NCBI GenBank assembly: GCA_045047305.1
Contig: JASFYO010000082.1
Coordinates: 1-64,000, forward strand
Reading direction: 5' to 3'
Length of the DNA: 64,000 nucleotides
DNA from: Planctomycetota bacterium
Lineage (GTDB): Bacteria > Planctomycetota > UBA1135
A program made the translations under genes and the position numbers. Positions 38,299 through 47,789 of the stretch are shown here, one piece after another. Position 1 is the stretch's first letter, and every line of letters starts with the position of its first letter. A model generated the notes under the pieces. That model worked only from the letters and a program-made list of their open reading frames with translations. It ran no database searches and had not been told where the DNA came from.

Positions 38299-39333
38299 TC
38301 AGTCCTTTTTAGAAAGTTCGGTGAAGTAATCCGGAAGACCGCCGTCGGCCATCTTGCCCTGAAGAGTTATCAGACGCGTATAGCGCCCATTCTCAAATTC
38401 CGATGAGAAGTTTTCGCGCTCTTTGTACTCGGTGTACATCACAGGTACTGCCGAACGTACCGACCACTCCAGCTTAAACTCAGGAAGCGTTTTGGTGAGT
38501 AGGTCGAAGCAGACGCGGTAGTTACGTGGATCAGGCACCGCCGTTTCTGCAATGGTGATTTCAGAACCTTCTACATTGCTGTGAACGATTTCTGCAACTT
38601 CGCAAATCTGATAGTTGTCATCGTTGCCGCCGACGTTCACGGCCAAACCGCCAACGTCTTCCATTGGTGCTTCGCTCAAGGCACAGAATGCACGCGCGAT
38701 ATCACGGCAATGCACCAACGGACGCCAAGAGGTGCCATCGGACATGAGCTTTACCTCGTTGATGCTAACTGCAAATGCGAGCAGGTTATTCACGGCAAGG
38801 TCGGTGCGCAAACGCGGGCTCTGACCATAAGCGGTGGAGTTACGAAGGTAGGTGACCGCAAAGTCATCACTCTCTAACTCCGTCAGTTGCGCCTCGGCGT
38901 TGACCTTCGATTCTGCATAAGCAGAGACTGGTGTGAACGCGGCGGTCTCATCGAGAATTGTGTCGCCGGCTGCACCATAAATGGAGCAGGAACTTGCGAA
39001 CAAGAAACGCGATACACCAGCTTCCTTGGCCGCGCGGGCGACATGCAGGGTGCCGCCAGTGTTGATGTGGTGGGTGATGCGTGGATCCAAGTCGCCCATA
39101 GGGTCATTGGAGATCGCAGCGAGATGCACGACCGCATCGACACCTTTCAGCATTTCGGGAGTGATGTCAAAGACATCCATGGTGAGGTCTTCGTCGGCGA
39201 CGGCGGGGGTGCCGAATTCAACACCATCGTAAAGGCCGATATCGACCCCCATGACTTGGTGTCCGCGGGATTGGAAGACGTCGATGGCGTGAGCGCCAAT
39301 GTAGCCACGATGGCCGGTGATGAGGACTTTCAT
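38299..39333 (-). CDS. NAD-dependent nucleotide-sugar epimerase/dehydratase
   Basis: TGHRGYIG, HLAAISNDPMG, SSCSIYG, YAESK, SPRLRTDL, SDGTSWRP, DPRNYRV. Confidence 0.9.
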   Translation of the reverse strand: MKVLITGHRGYIGAHAIDVFQSRGHQVMGVDIGLYDGVEFGTPAVADEDLTMDVFDITPEMLKGVDAVVHLAAISNDPMGDLDPRITHHINTGGTLHVARAAKEAGVSRFLFASSCSIYGAAGDTILDETAAFTPVSAYAESKVNAEAQLTELESDDFAVTYLRNSTAYGQSPRLRTDLAVNNLLAFAVSINEVKLMSDGTSWRPLVHCRDIARAFCALSEAPMEDVGGLAVNVGGNDDNYQICEVAEIVHSNVEGSEITIAETAVPDPRNYRVCFDLLTKTLPEFKLEWSVRSAVPVMYTEYKERENFSSEFENGRYTRLITLQGKMADGGLPDYFTELSKKD

Positions 39334-39426
39334 GATGCAGTGGGGAGGTGCCCAGGAGGGAAGTGCAGATTCTAACGGCTCTTAGCGGGTTCAGCCGCGC
39401 CCAAGATGACGGATTCCACAGTGTGA

Positions 39427-41886
39427 TTAGCGTGCGCAGAGCTCCTCAACCTTCCACCGATTGAGGGTTTCAAGCAGTACTTTAGAGCTGACCGGCTTAC
39501 ACATGTAGTCATCCATGCCGCTTCTCAGCACGAGTTCGCGCGTTTCCATATTTGCGTTTGGAGTCATCGCCACAATGATTGTGTGTTGGTCTGCTTCTTC
39601 CTCGCGGAAGCGAATGATGCGGGTGGCCTCATAGCCATCCATAATCGGCATCTGACAATCCATGAACACGATGTCGTAGCTCCTCTCCGCCATGCGCTTT
39701 ACAGCATCTTCGCCGTTTTGGGCTTGGTCGACGCGGCAGCCAAGGCGTCCGAGCAATTTGCTGATCATTTCGCTGTTGACGGGATCGTCTTCTGCAACCA
39801 AAACGCGCAAGCCAAGGTACTGCGCGATGGCCGTTTTGAAATCTCCAGCATCTTCCGTGTGCGGCGGATCGATTGCGATGCCATAAGCCTTCAGCATGAT
39901 GTTGTGGAGGACGTTGTGCCGCACTGGGCCACGCAGACGGAAATCCCATGGACGATCACTAAATTCTTTCGAGCGTGAATGTCCATCTGGCTTAGTGCGT
40001 AAGACCAACTTGATTTGCCCACTATTCTTAGTCGCCCGAATCTGACGACAAAGCATCATTCCTGATTGCCCGGGCAAATCTTCACTCAAAACAGCCATGT
40101 CGAAAGGGGTCTTCAGTAACACCGAGGCGCGGATTTCCCGAATCGCATCCCATCCATCCGCCGCCGTGGTGACGTGGAATCCCCAAGCGGAAAACTGTTG
40201 GGTAAGTTGTTCGGCACGCAAAGGGTTACCTTCCGCCAATAGAATTCGACGCCCCTGCCATTCCTCCACTACATTGTGGAAATGATTCTGTGGAAGGTCC
40301 GACCCAACCGTAACCGTAAAGCAGAAGGAGGTGCCCTCGCCGAGCTTGCTTTCCACCCAAATGGATCCACCCATTAAGCGCACAATTTGTCGCGTAACCG
40401 CCAATCCAAGGCCATTACCACCAAATTCGTGGCCGTCTTCCTGGCCCGGTTGAGAGAAGGAGCGAAGAATGCGCACGCGCTTGTCTTCCGGCATACCTGC
40501 GCCGGTATCGCGCACATGGAAGCGCAAAACAGCAGCCTTGCCATCTTCCTCGACTAACTCAATCAGTAGGTTTACGTCGCCGTCGCGAGTATGACGTAAT
40601 GCATTTGCCGCCAACTTAATTAAGATCTGCCGCAAACGGACTTCATCACCCAAAATTCGATTCGGTACTTCTGGAGTGACAAACCCGGATAGATCAACAT
40701 TGTGTTGATTAGCTTGAATGGTCAGGAGCTCCAAGACCCCGTCCATCAAGCGACGTGGGTCCAAGCTCTTTTTCTCTAAGTTCACGCTTCCCGATTCCAA
40801 GCGTGAGAAATCTTGCACATCTTCGACCAGCGCTAACACCGCATTGGCTGAACCTGTAATCACATCGGTGGCATCCTGCTGTTGCTCATCCAAATCCGAT
40901 GCCTTGAGTAACTTTGCCATGCCAATGACTCCCGTCATTGGGGTGCGTATTTCTTGCGTAATAGATGCAAGGAATTCACTTTTAGAGCGGGTAGCAATCT
41001 CAGCTTCCCTACGTGCAGACTCAAACTTGCGCCGCATTTTGCGTTCGCTTTGAAACATCATGTGCAGTTCCGCAAGCAAGCCGCCGGCAGGAACTAAGTA
41101 TCCCATGGCTTTCATCGCGTGCGCGATGTTGAAGGCCGAGTCATAAAGCTCCGTTGATCCCAATGCCATGTACAGCTGGGTTGCACATTGCGGAATGGTG
41201 GACAATATGAGTGCCAGCGCGAATGGAGAAGGATGGTTGCGGTAATAAGCCGGAAACACCAGGAAGCCGCATGTTAAATAGATAGCGAGCGGGTAAAGGT
41301 CGAGCGGGCGCTTGATGAAGTTTTCCGCATAGAGGGTTCGTGGCAGACCAGGCGAGCTAGCACTGTAATGCATTAAGAACCAAGCGGATCCCATGATGCT
41401 AAGGCCAATGATGCCAAAGGTGAAATTACGAATACGCCGGTTGGGCCCACGCCAAAGTACAAACATGCCTACGCCAACGAGTGAAATCAGTCCGGCAAAC
41501 AAACGGCTTCCAATCCATGTGTATGGAATAAAGTTTTCCATATCGACTACGTCGGCGACTAGTCCGTCCGCAGCAAGGGTATGGAAAATGTCCATGCCTG
41601 CAGCGCCGAGCATGGCCAACCCAATGATGGGTAGCGAAGGTTCCTCGTTTAATCGATAGTGCAGGAATGCCAAAATACCGACCATGAGAGCAGCGCAAAC
41701 TCCGGTCCACTCGAGCAAGCTATGGGTCATGCTTTGGCCGTGACCAGTCGGCGGGCTTGAGAAATCAAAGCCGAGCAGCATCAGCAATGCTGGCAACACG
41801 CACGCCCCGATGGCTACGAGGCCATAGGTTCTACATCCAGACCAAGGCTTGGATGAGAGGTGGATTGCTGTTGAGGGGATCATCAA
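39427..41886 (-). CDS. MASE3-like hybrid histidine kinase homolog with His->Gln in the H-box (probable pseudokinase); one degenerate and one intact receiver
   Basis: MDIFHTLA membrane domain; FLASITQEIRTPM; DTGAG and GNGLGL boxes; C-terminal AEDD...FMDCQMP...KP. Confidence 0.85.
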   Translation of the reverse strand: MMIPSTAIHLSSKPWSGCRTYGLVAIGACVLPALLMLLGFDFSSPPTGHGQSMTHSLLEWTGVCAALMVGILAFLHYRLNEEPSLPIIGLAMLGAAGMDIFHTLAADGLVADVVDMENFIPYTWIGSRLFAGLISLVGVGMFVLWRGPNRRIRNFTFGIIGLSIMGSAWFLMHYSASSPGLPRTLYAENFIKRPLDLYPLAIYLTCGFLVFPAYYRNHPSPFALALILSTIPQCATQLYMALGSTELYDSAFNIAHAMKAMGYLVPAGGLLAELHMMFQSERKMRRKFESARREAEIATRSKSEFLASITQEIRTPMTGVIGMAKLLKASDLDEQQQDATDVITGSANAVLALVEDVQDFSRLESGSVNLEKKSLDPRRLMDGVLELLTIQANQHNVDLSGFVTPEVPNRILGDEVRLRQILIKLAANALRHTRDGDVNLLIELVEEDGKAAVLRFHVRDTGAGMPEDKRVRILRSFSQPGQEDGHEFGGNGLGLAVTRQIVRLMGGSIWVESKLGEGTSFCFTVTVGSDLPQNHFHNVVEEWQGRRILLAEGNPLRAEQLTQQFSAWGFHVTTAADGWDAIREIRASVLLKTPFDMAVLSEDLPGQSGMMLCRQIRATKNSGQIKLVLRTKPDGHSRSKEFSDRPWDFRLRGPVRHNVLHNIMLKAYGIAIDPPHTEDAGDFKTAIAQYLGLRVLVAEDDPVNSEMISKLLGRLGCRVDQAQNGEDAVKRMAERSYDIVFMDCQMPIMDGYEATRIIRFREEEADQHTIIVAMTPNANMETRELVLRSGMDDYMCKPVSSKVLLETLNRWKVEELCAR

Positions 41887-41905
41887 TACCTAAGCAGAGG
41901 GTCGC

Positions 41906-44464
41906 TCAGGAAGGGACGGGTTGAGGAAGCCAGGAGTGGAAGACGTTGGTGATGTCTTCCATGGTGAAGGGCTTTGCGATGTAATCGTCCATGCCGGCTT
42001 CCAGGCAGAGTTCTCGGTCTCCGGCCATGGCATTGGCCGTCATCGCAATAATGGGAAGGTGAGTGCCTTTGGTTTCGGCTGCGCGAATGATTTCGGTGGC
42101 TCTATAGCCATCAATTTCGGGCATCTGGCAGTCCATGAAGATCAAATCGTAATTACCGTTTTGGTTCATTTGGACCGCTTCTGCGCCATTGTTTGCGATT
42201 TCAACGGTGCACCCCAATTTTTCGAGATGCTTCGCAGCGACCTTTTGGTTCACTAGATTGTCTTCAGCGAGCAAAATGTGCGGATGTTCCATATAGTCAC
42301 CTGTGGAATTTTCATTCACCGCTGGTGCCACTTCAGGATCTGCTCCATCAGGGATGTAGGGTCCACTTGGAAGCGTATCTACCGTGCCGAGTGCGTTGAA
42401 AATAGCGCTCCGCAGCAGCGCTTTCTTGATTGGTTTGCGGAGGATGGAATGGAAGCTTCCGTCACGCAGTACATCGCCAAATGCAGAAGCATCGACCGGT
42501 GCCAAAGCAATGAGCTTGGTAGTGGAAGCCGCTGAATCCTGCGCTAATTTTGCGTATAGCTCAGAGGCATCTTTGCCTGGAAGGTCCAAATCGACCAAAG
42601 CAATTTGGATGGGAGTTCCGTCGGCATCGGCATCGCGCAAGCCATCGATAAGGTCCAAGGCTTCTGCAGCTTCGCAAACGCGGCATCCCCAAGATTTAAG
42701 ATGGGAGATGAGCCCCTGACGGTTTGCTAAGGCGCCATCGGCAACGATAACGCGAGTTGCAGCGAGTGGATCGGCACTTGGAACTAGGACTCCACCGTAG
42801 CCAGCTTGTTTGGTTAAACGTACTGTAAACCAGAAGGTTGAACCTTCGCCTTCGACGCTGCTTACGCCAACATCGCCGTCCATCAGCGCCGCAAGTTCTT
42901 TAGCGATGGCCAACCCTAGGCCGGAGCCTCCGTATTTCCGGCTTGCTGAGCCATCCACTTGCGAGAAGCTGTGGAATAAGCGCGACATGGCGTGCGCTGG
43001 AATACCAACTCCAGTATCTCTAATTTCGAACTGTAACTTTACAGCCTGACCATCGTCATAGAGCATGCTTCCGTGGATGGAGATCTCACCTTTTTCAGTG
43101 AATTTCACTGCGTTACTGGCCAGGATGAGAAGTAGTTGGCGTAATCGATTCGAATCGCCAATCAGTTGTGGGGGGATCTCGGGGCGTAGATAGCCTGAGA
43201 GTTGCAATCCCTTTTGCGAGGCGGAAAAGTTGAGCGATTCAATCAGATCTTCGAACATGCTTTGCAAATCAAAGGAGGTGGACTCAAGTTCTACTTTGCC
43301 AGCTTCCACTTTGGAAAAATCCAAAATGTCGTTGAGCAGTTTCATGAGACTGTCCGTTGATGCGCGAACTTCTTGGGTGAACTCTTTCTGCTCCTCGGTG
43401 AGATCGGTGTCAAGCAGCAAGGCGCTCATGCCCAGTACCCCGTTCATGGGAGTGCGGATTTCATGACTCATCGCAGCCAGGAATTCACCTTTTGCGCTGG
43501 AGGCTTTCTCAACCTCTCTTCGCGCTGAAACCAATTCCACCTCTGCCGCTCTTTGGCGGTGATGCCCTTTGCTCAGGACTAGCAGCAGGCCAATCGCAGG
43601 AATTAAATACTCCAAAGGCTTCAGCAGGTGCGCCGCGTTGAAGGCACCATCGAATATTTGCTGGGAGCCTAACGCCATGTAGAGCTGAACCGCGATTTGC
43701 GGAATCAACATCAACATGAGGGCTAGTGAAAATGGTGATGGGTTACGTCGGTAATACAGCGGGAGTAAGCCAATGCCGGAAAGCAGGAACAGCGCCAGCG
43801 GGGCGAGATCAAAGGGGCGCTTGATAAGGGCGTCGGGATAAATCGTCTGCGGCAAATTCACCGCCTGTGAGACTGCTTGCGTTGCCAGCCATGCAATCGC
43901 TAAGAGAGCGACTCCGGTGGCGAGTACGGCAGGTAGCGGGATTTTTTTACGGCCCGGCAACCAAATAGCGAAAAGGCCGATGCCGACTACCTGAATGGTG
44001 GCGTTAAAGAATCGTCCGAGCGCCCAGGTGTAGGGCAAAAGGTCGGGCGCCCCTGAAGCCGCAGAGAGCAAGCGGTTGGCTGCCAAGGTGTGAAAGGCAT
44101 CCATGCCGGCCGCGAAAATCAAGGCAAGGCCAATGACAGGAAGAGCTACTTCCTTGGTCAAGCGATATTGGGCGATGGCCAGTAGTCCTACAAAAAGGCC
44201 GACACATGCGGCAGTCCACTCCATAAGCGTATGCGTGAAGCTTGCTTGCAACCAGTGGTGGGCGAGCTCGGCTGCGGGAATTGCTCCACTGAGTGGGTCT
44301 GGCGCCAGCATGTCCATGGTGGATAGGGAGACGCCAAAAAGCATCAGAATCCCTGGTAGAGCACATATTGCTGCAAGCAATCCACCCCATTTCAGGAGTG
44401 ATTGGCGGGCCTCCCCAGGTAAAGACCGGTGTTGGGAGGGCGAGCGAGTAGGCAGATGGGCCAT
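41906..44464 (-). CDS. MASE3-like hybrid histidine kinase with two receiver domains
   Basis: [45 protein letters not shown]...FMDCQMP...AKP; start taken at MAHLP because the longer ORF overlaps lhgO. Confidence 0.9.
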   Translation of the reverse strand: MAHLPTRSPSQHRSLPGEARQSLLKWGGLLAAICALPGILMLFGVSLSTMDMLAPDPLSGAIPAAELAHHWLQASFTHTLMEWTAACVGLFVGLLAIAQYRLTKEVALPVIGLALIFAAGMDAFHTLAANRLLSAASGAPDLLPYTWALGRFFNATIQVVGIGLFAIWLPGRKKIPLPAVLATGVALLAIAWLATQAVSQAVNLPQTIYPDALIKRPFDLAPLALFLLSGIGLLPLYYRRNPSPFSLALMLMLIPQIAVQLYMALGSQQIFDGAFNAAHLLKPLEYLIPAIGLLLVLSKGHHRQRAAEVELVSARREVEKASSAKGEFLAAMSHEIRTPMNGVLGMSALLLDTDLTEEQKEFTQEVRASTDSLMKLLNDILDFSKVEAGKVELESTSFDLQSMFEDLIESLNFSASQKGLQLSGYLRPEIPPQLIGDSNRLRQLLLILASNAVKFTEKGEISIHGSMLYDDGQAVKLQFEIRDTGVGIPAHAMSRLFHSFSQVDGSASRKYGGSGLGLAIAKELAALMDGDVGVSSVEGEGSTFWFTVRLTKQAGYGGVLVPSADPLAATRVIVADGALANRQGLISHLKSWGCRVCEAAEALDLIDGLRDADADGTPIQIALVDLDLPGKDASELYAKLAQDSAASTTKLIALAPVDASAFGDVLRDGSFHSILRKPIKKALLRSAIFNALGTVDTLPSGPYIPDGADPEVAPAVNENSTGDYMEHPHILLAEDNLVNQKVAAKHLEKLGCTVEIANNGAEAVQMNQNGNYDLIFMDCQMPEIDGYRATEIIRAAETKGTHLPIIAMTANAMAGDRELCLEAGMDDYIAKPFTMEDITNVFHSWLPQPVPS

Positions 44465-44571
44465 GAGGAGGTCGGGGCGACCCGGAATTAGGCTTCCATC
44501 TATCGGCCAGCAAAGAGATTTCCTCCAGCACGCCTTGAATACGGCCGAAAAAGGCCGCTTGGTTGGTAATC

Positions 44572-45780
44572 CTAGTCCTCGATGCGGCTGGAGACCCGCT
44601 CCACGATGGCCTTGCCAATCGACAAGCTGCTGGTGGCGGCTGGGGAGGGGGCGTTGCATACATTCACCACCTGGCCATGCTCTTTGTAGAGAAAGTCGTC
44701 GATCATCGAACCATCTGGCATCAAGGCTTGTGCGCGCACGCCGGCAGGGGCCTTTTGCAGATGAGTCTCGCGGATTTCAGGCATCAAGCGTGCGAGGGCT
44801 TTGGTGAAAGCCTTGCGCGAAAGGGAACGGTGCATTTCGCCTAGGCCACTCTTCCAGTGCTTCGCCATCATTTTCCAAAATCCGCCATAGCTGAAAGTGC
44901 CAGCAAGATCGCGGAGATTGATATCGGTCCAGGTATAGCCCTCACGCGCCAGCGCCAAGACGGCATTCGGGCCACATTCCACCGAACCATCGATCATGCG
45001 GGTGAAGTGCACGCCAAGGAAGGGGAAGTTGGGGTCGGGCACTGGATAAATTAGATGCTTGCACAGATGTTTGGCATCTTCTTTTAGCTCATAGTATTCA
45101 CCGCGGAACGGAACAATGCGAGCTGGCGGATGTGCACCACTCATTTTGGTGACCCTATCGTTCTGCAAGCCGGCGCAGTTCACCACAACCTTAGCGATAA
45201 CGTCGCCCAGGCTAGTTTTTACCACCGTGCCTTCTGCCCTTTCCTCCATGCCAGTCACCCTGGCGTTGTATTGGATGGAGCCGCCCATTTCCTCAATTCG
45301 TTCGCTAAAGCGCTTACACACCTGGGGGTAGGAAACAATTCCGGCTTCCGGCACCCGAATCGCCTGGATTCCTGCAGCGTGCGGCTCGATTTCGCGGAGC
45401 TGATCCCCACTTATTTTCTCGCAGTCGACTCCATTCTCCAATCCACGCTTGAAAATGGTTTCCATCGCGGGGAGCTCGGATTCATCGAGTGCAACAATGA
45501 CCTTGCCACAAATCTCGTATGCAATGCCTTCTTTCTCGCAGAAGGCTTCCATCAAAGCCTTGCCCTCGCGGCAGTTTTTTGCCTTATAGGAGCCTGGCTT
45601 GTAATAAATTCCCGAATGCAATACGCCAGAGTTGTGCCCAGTTTGATGTAGGGCAGGGCCGGCTTCCTTTTCTAGGATGCGCAAACCCTTACCTGGGTAG
45701 CGTTGTAGCAGCTGATATGCCGTGGCTAGGCCAACGATTCCTGCACCGATGATGACGACGTCTGCTTGGGGGGATTCCAT
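44572..45780 (-). CDS. lhgO: L-2-hydroxyglutarate oxidase
   Basis: [68 protein letters not shown]. Confidence 0.93.
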   Translation of the reverse strand: MESPQADVVIIGAGIVGLATAYQLLQRYPGKGLRILEKEAGPALHQTGHNSGVLHSGIYYKPGSYKAKNCREGKALMEAFCEKEGIAYEICGKVIVALDESELPAMETIFKRGLENGVDCEKISGDQLREIEPHAAGIQAIRVPEAGIVSYPQVCKRFSERIEEMGGSIQYNARVTGMEERAEGTVVKTSLGDVIAKVVVNCAGLQNDRVTKMSGAHPPARIVPFRGEYYELKEDAKHLCKHLIYPVPDPNFPFLGVHFTRMIDGSVECGPNAVLALAREGYTWTDINLRDLAGTFSYGGFWKMMAKHWKSGLGEMHRSLSRKAFTKALARLMPEIRETHLQKAPAGVRAQALMPDGSMIDDFLYKEHGQVVNVCNAPSPAATSSLSIGKAIVERVSSRIED

Positions 45781-45807
45781 GCTGACGGATTCTATCCCAA
45801 CTTTTCC

Positions 45808-46179
45808 TTAGTCGAGTAACAACTCGCGCAGTGGTTGGGTGAACCAAACGGCCAAGCTCACTACCCCGACGGCCAGCCACGTGGAATGCTCGGCTAATCC
45901 AGCAAGCATCGTGGATGGGAAGGAGCGGAGACTGTCCACTGGTAGACCGAGGTTGTCCCAAAGCAAACTTCCGAGCATGAGGGTTGCTGCCATGAGGCTG
46001 CCCCAAAACAAAACCGATGCAAGTTTGGAACGAGAGGCCGCGGTCTTGGCAGCTTGGGCTTGAAGGTTGTTTGCAGCCCATTGCTGCAGAACGTTCTCAC
46101 TCCAGGCCTGGACCTGATCATGCGCAAGCTCAGCGTGGTGAGCGCGCGGATCACGAAGGATGTCGTCGAGGTTTTTCAT
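45808..46179 (-). CDS. Putative membrane anti-sigma factor
   Basis: ATGA-coupled downstream of an ECF sigma; soluble N-terminus plus two TM segments. Confidence 0.6.
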   Translation of the reverse strand: MKNLDDILRDPRAHHAELAHDQVQAWSENVLQQWAANNLQAQAAKTAASRSKLASVLFWGSLMAATLMLGSLLWDNLGLPVDSLRSFPSTMLAGLAEHSTWLAVGVVSLAVWFTQPLRELLLD

Positions 46180-46727
46180 GCTGGAGAGGGGCCTAAAAGT
46201 TCACGCAATCTTTCTCGACCACGCTTGAGCCAGGACTTTACGGTGTTGGAAGTGGAGCCCATTAAGGTGGCAATCTCCGCAACACCAAGTTCGTCCAAGT
46301 AATGATAACCCATGGCTAGCCTTTGGTTATCGGGAAGTTGTTGCATAAACCTGCGCACCCGCAGGACTTCATCTTCTTGTCCGGTGATCTCACTAGATTC
46401 TCGTGAGCTTGCTTCTGGCTCCGACACAAAATCCAAATGTTGCACTTTGCCTTGGTGCCGCTGGAGCCGCTCTTTGGCGCGTAAACACTCGCGATAGGCA
46501 ATGCGATAAACCCACGTACTAAGCTTGGAATCGCCACGAAACGCCTCTAATCCGCGTAGTGCACGAATTAGCGTTTCCTGCACTACATCTTGTATGAGGT
46601 CTTGGGGCAGTTGAAAACGCATGGCCTGCGCAGCAATGGATGAAGAAAAAGCCTCCACAAAACGTCTTGAGTTCGTAGGTGTGAGCGGGAGGAAATCCGC
46701 AACTCGTGTTTGGGGCTGGTCTTCCAC
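46176..46727 (-). CDS. ECF RNA polymerase sigma factor
   Basis: DVVQETLIRA, FRGDSKLSTWVYRIA, LPDNQR, EIATLMG...TVKSWLKRGR; start inferred at GTG 46727. Confidence 0.9.
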   Translation of the reverse strand: MEDQPQTRVADFLPLTPTNSRRFVEAFSSSIAAQAMRFQLPQDLIQDVVQETLIRALRGLEAFRGDSKLSTWVYRIAYRECLRAKERLQRHQGKVQHLDFVSEPEASSRESSEITGQEDEVLRVRRFMQQLPDNQRLAMGYHYLDELGVAEIATLMGSTSNTVKSWLKRGRERLRELLGPSPA

Positions 46728-46738
46728 CGTCGTTTTAC

Positions 46739-46766
46739 CGACCCGCATCCTAGTCTTGCGGTTGCA
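46739..46766 (-). promoter_or_regulatory. ECF-type promoter TGCAACC-N16-GGTCG upstream of the sigma gene
   Basis: Same motif and spacing occur at 47108-47135. Confidence 0.7.
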
Positions 46767-46846
46767 CAAAAATTTCTCCTACATCTTGCCCACATGCCCG
46801 TAAGTCTCTGTGGCAAGCAACAAGCAACAAGCAATAAAACGAAATC

Positions 46847-47014
46847 ATGTCTCTCCTCCACACAGCAGTCTCTCTGGCTTTTCCTTTCCTCAAGGATGCA
46901 GACCCCATGGTCATGGCGCCAGTTCTTGCACTGGTTTTCTCCTTTTCTCTAGTCGGCCTGTTTGGCCTGTTCATGGCTGCTCAGGACTTTTTAAGCACCA
47001 AAAAGACGTATTAG
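46847..47014 (+). CDS. Small single-TM protein (55 aa), absent from the ORF track
   Basis: MSLLHTAVSLAFPFLKDADPMVMAPVLALVFSFSLVGLFGLFMAAQDFLSTKKTY; A-rich leader; followed by hairpins and a terminator. Confidence 0.5.
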   Translation: MSLLHTAVSLAFPFLKDADPMVMAPVLALVFSFSLVGLFGLFMAAQDFLSTKKTY

Positions 47015-47053
47015 AAAGGGGACAATCCCGATGGCTTCGGCCGTCTGGGAGGT

Positions 47054-47096
47054 GAGCGACGATCGTGGGTTAGGGTTCCGGTCGTCGCTTTTTTTT
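47054..47096 (+). terminator. Intrinsic terminator
   Basis: GAGCGACGATCG-N13-CGGTCGTCGCTT stem running into a T8 tract. Confidence 0.75.
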
Positions 47097-47107
47097 ATGC
47101 CGAATCC

Positions 47108-47135
47108 TGCAACCAGGCCACTCTAAGGCCGGTCG
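47108..47135 (+). promoter_or_regulatory. ECF-type promoter TGCAACC-N16-GGTCG
   Basis: 10 nt upstream of ATG 47146; same motif precedes the ECF sigma gene. Confidence 0.7.
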
Positions 47136-47145
47136 AACGAGCATC

Positions 47146-47526
47146 ATGGATCAAGGAATCATCATCTCACTGGTTGCCATCCTCGGCGGTCTGTCCATTC
47201 CTGCGCTCTGGCTCTTCTTTGATCATAAGTCGAAGGAACGCAATGCCAGGGTCATGGAAAAAGCCATTGAAGCCGGGCACTCACCGGAAGAGGTCATGCG
47301 AGTGTGGGATAAAAGCGAAGTTTCCACTTCCCCTCGTGCACAGAAAGTACGCTTCCGTAAAGGCTTAGTGCTCCTCGCAATTGGCGGCGCCTTTCTGGTG
47401 ACGCATAATCTTGGCTATGGCAACGGGGACGACGGCATGGTTATTGTCGGAACGATTCTGCTTTTCCTCGGCATCGCCTTTTTCTTGAGTGACCTTTTCA
47501 ACGGCGGGCAGCGAAAGGACAATTAG
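47146..47526 (+). CDS. DUF6249-like membrane protein
   Basis: TM helix, KERNARVMEKAIEAG, RKGLVLLAIG, LFLGIAF; this architecture is commonly ECF-associated. Confidence 0.7.
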   Translation: MDQGIIISLVAILGGLSIPALWLFFDHKSKERNARVMEKAIEAGHSPEEVMRVWDKSEVSTSPRAQKVRFRKGLVLLAIGGAFLVTHNLGYGNGDDGMVIVGTILLFLGIAFFLSDLFNGGQRKDN

Positions 47527-47748
47527 ATTTCTTAACGGGTTTTTCTCATTTTCTCGCTAACCCATAGCTTCTACGTTGCGTATAAAACGCATCGAGCTTG
47601 AGGCTTTCCAGCTTCGGGCCTGCTCTTTCAACATCGCCTGATTGCTCAGGGAATTAGTAAGCGATGGAATCCCTCCGTTAAGGGTGAGTTACAGAGTTCG
47701 TTGGTTAGGGTCTTCGAACTTTAGTAGGAACATTCCCCTGGCTTGGGT

Positions 47749-47786
47749 AGTGGCGATTGCGTTTAGGGGCGCGATCGTCACTTTTT
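47749..47786 (+). terminator. Hairpin/terminator between convergent units
   Basis: AGTGGCGATTGCG-N8-CGCGATCGTCACT followed by TTTT. Confidence 0.55.
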
Positions 47787-47789
47787 CAT

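Noticed and set aside
46814..46834. Short tandem repeats as a CRISPR array
   Set aside because: Only three contiguous 7-mers, with no spacers and no cas genes.
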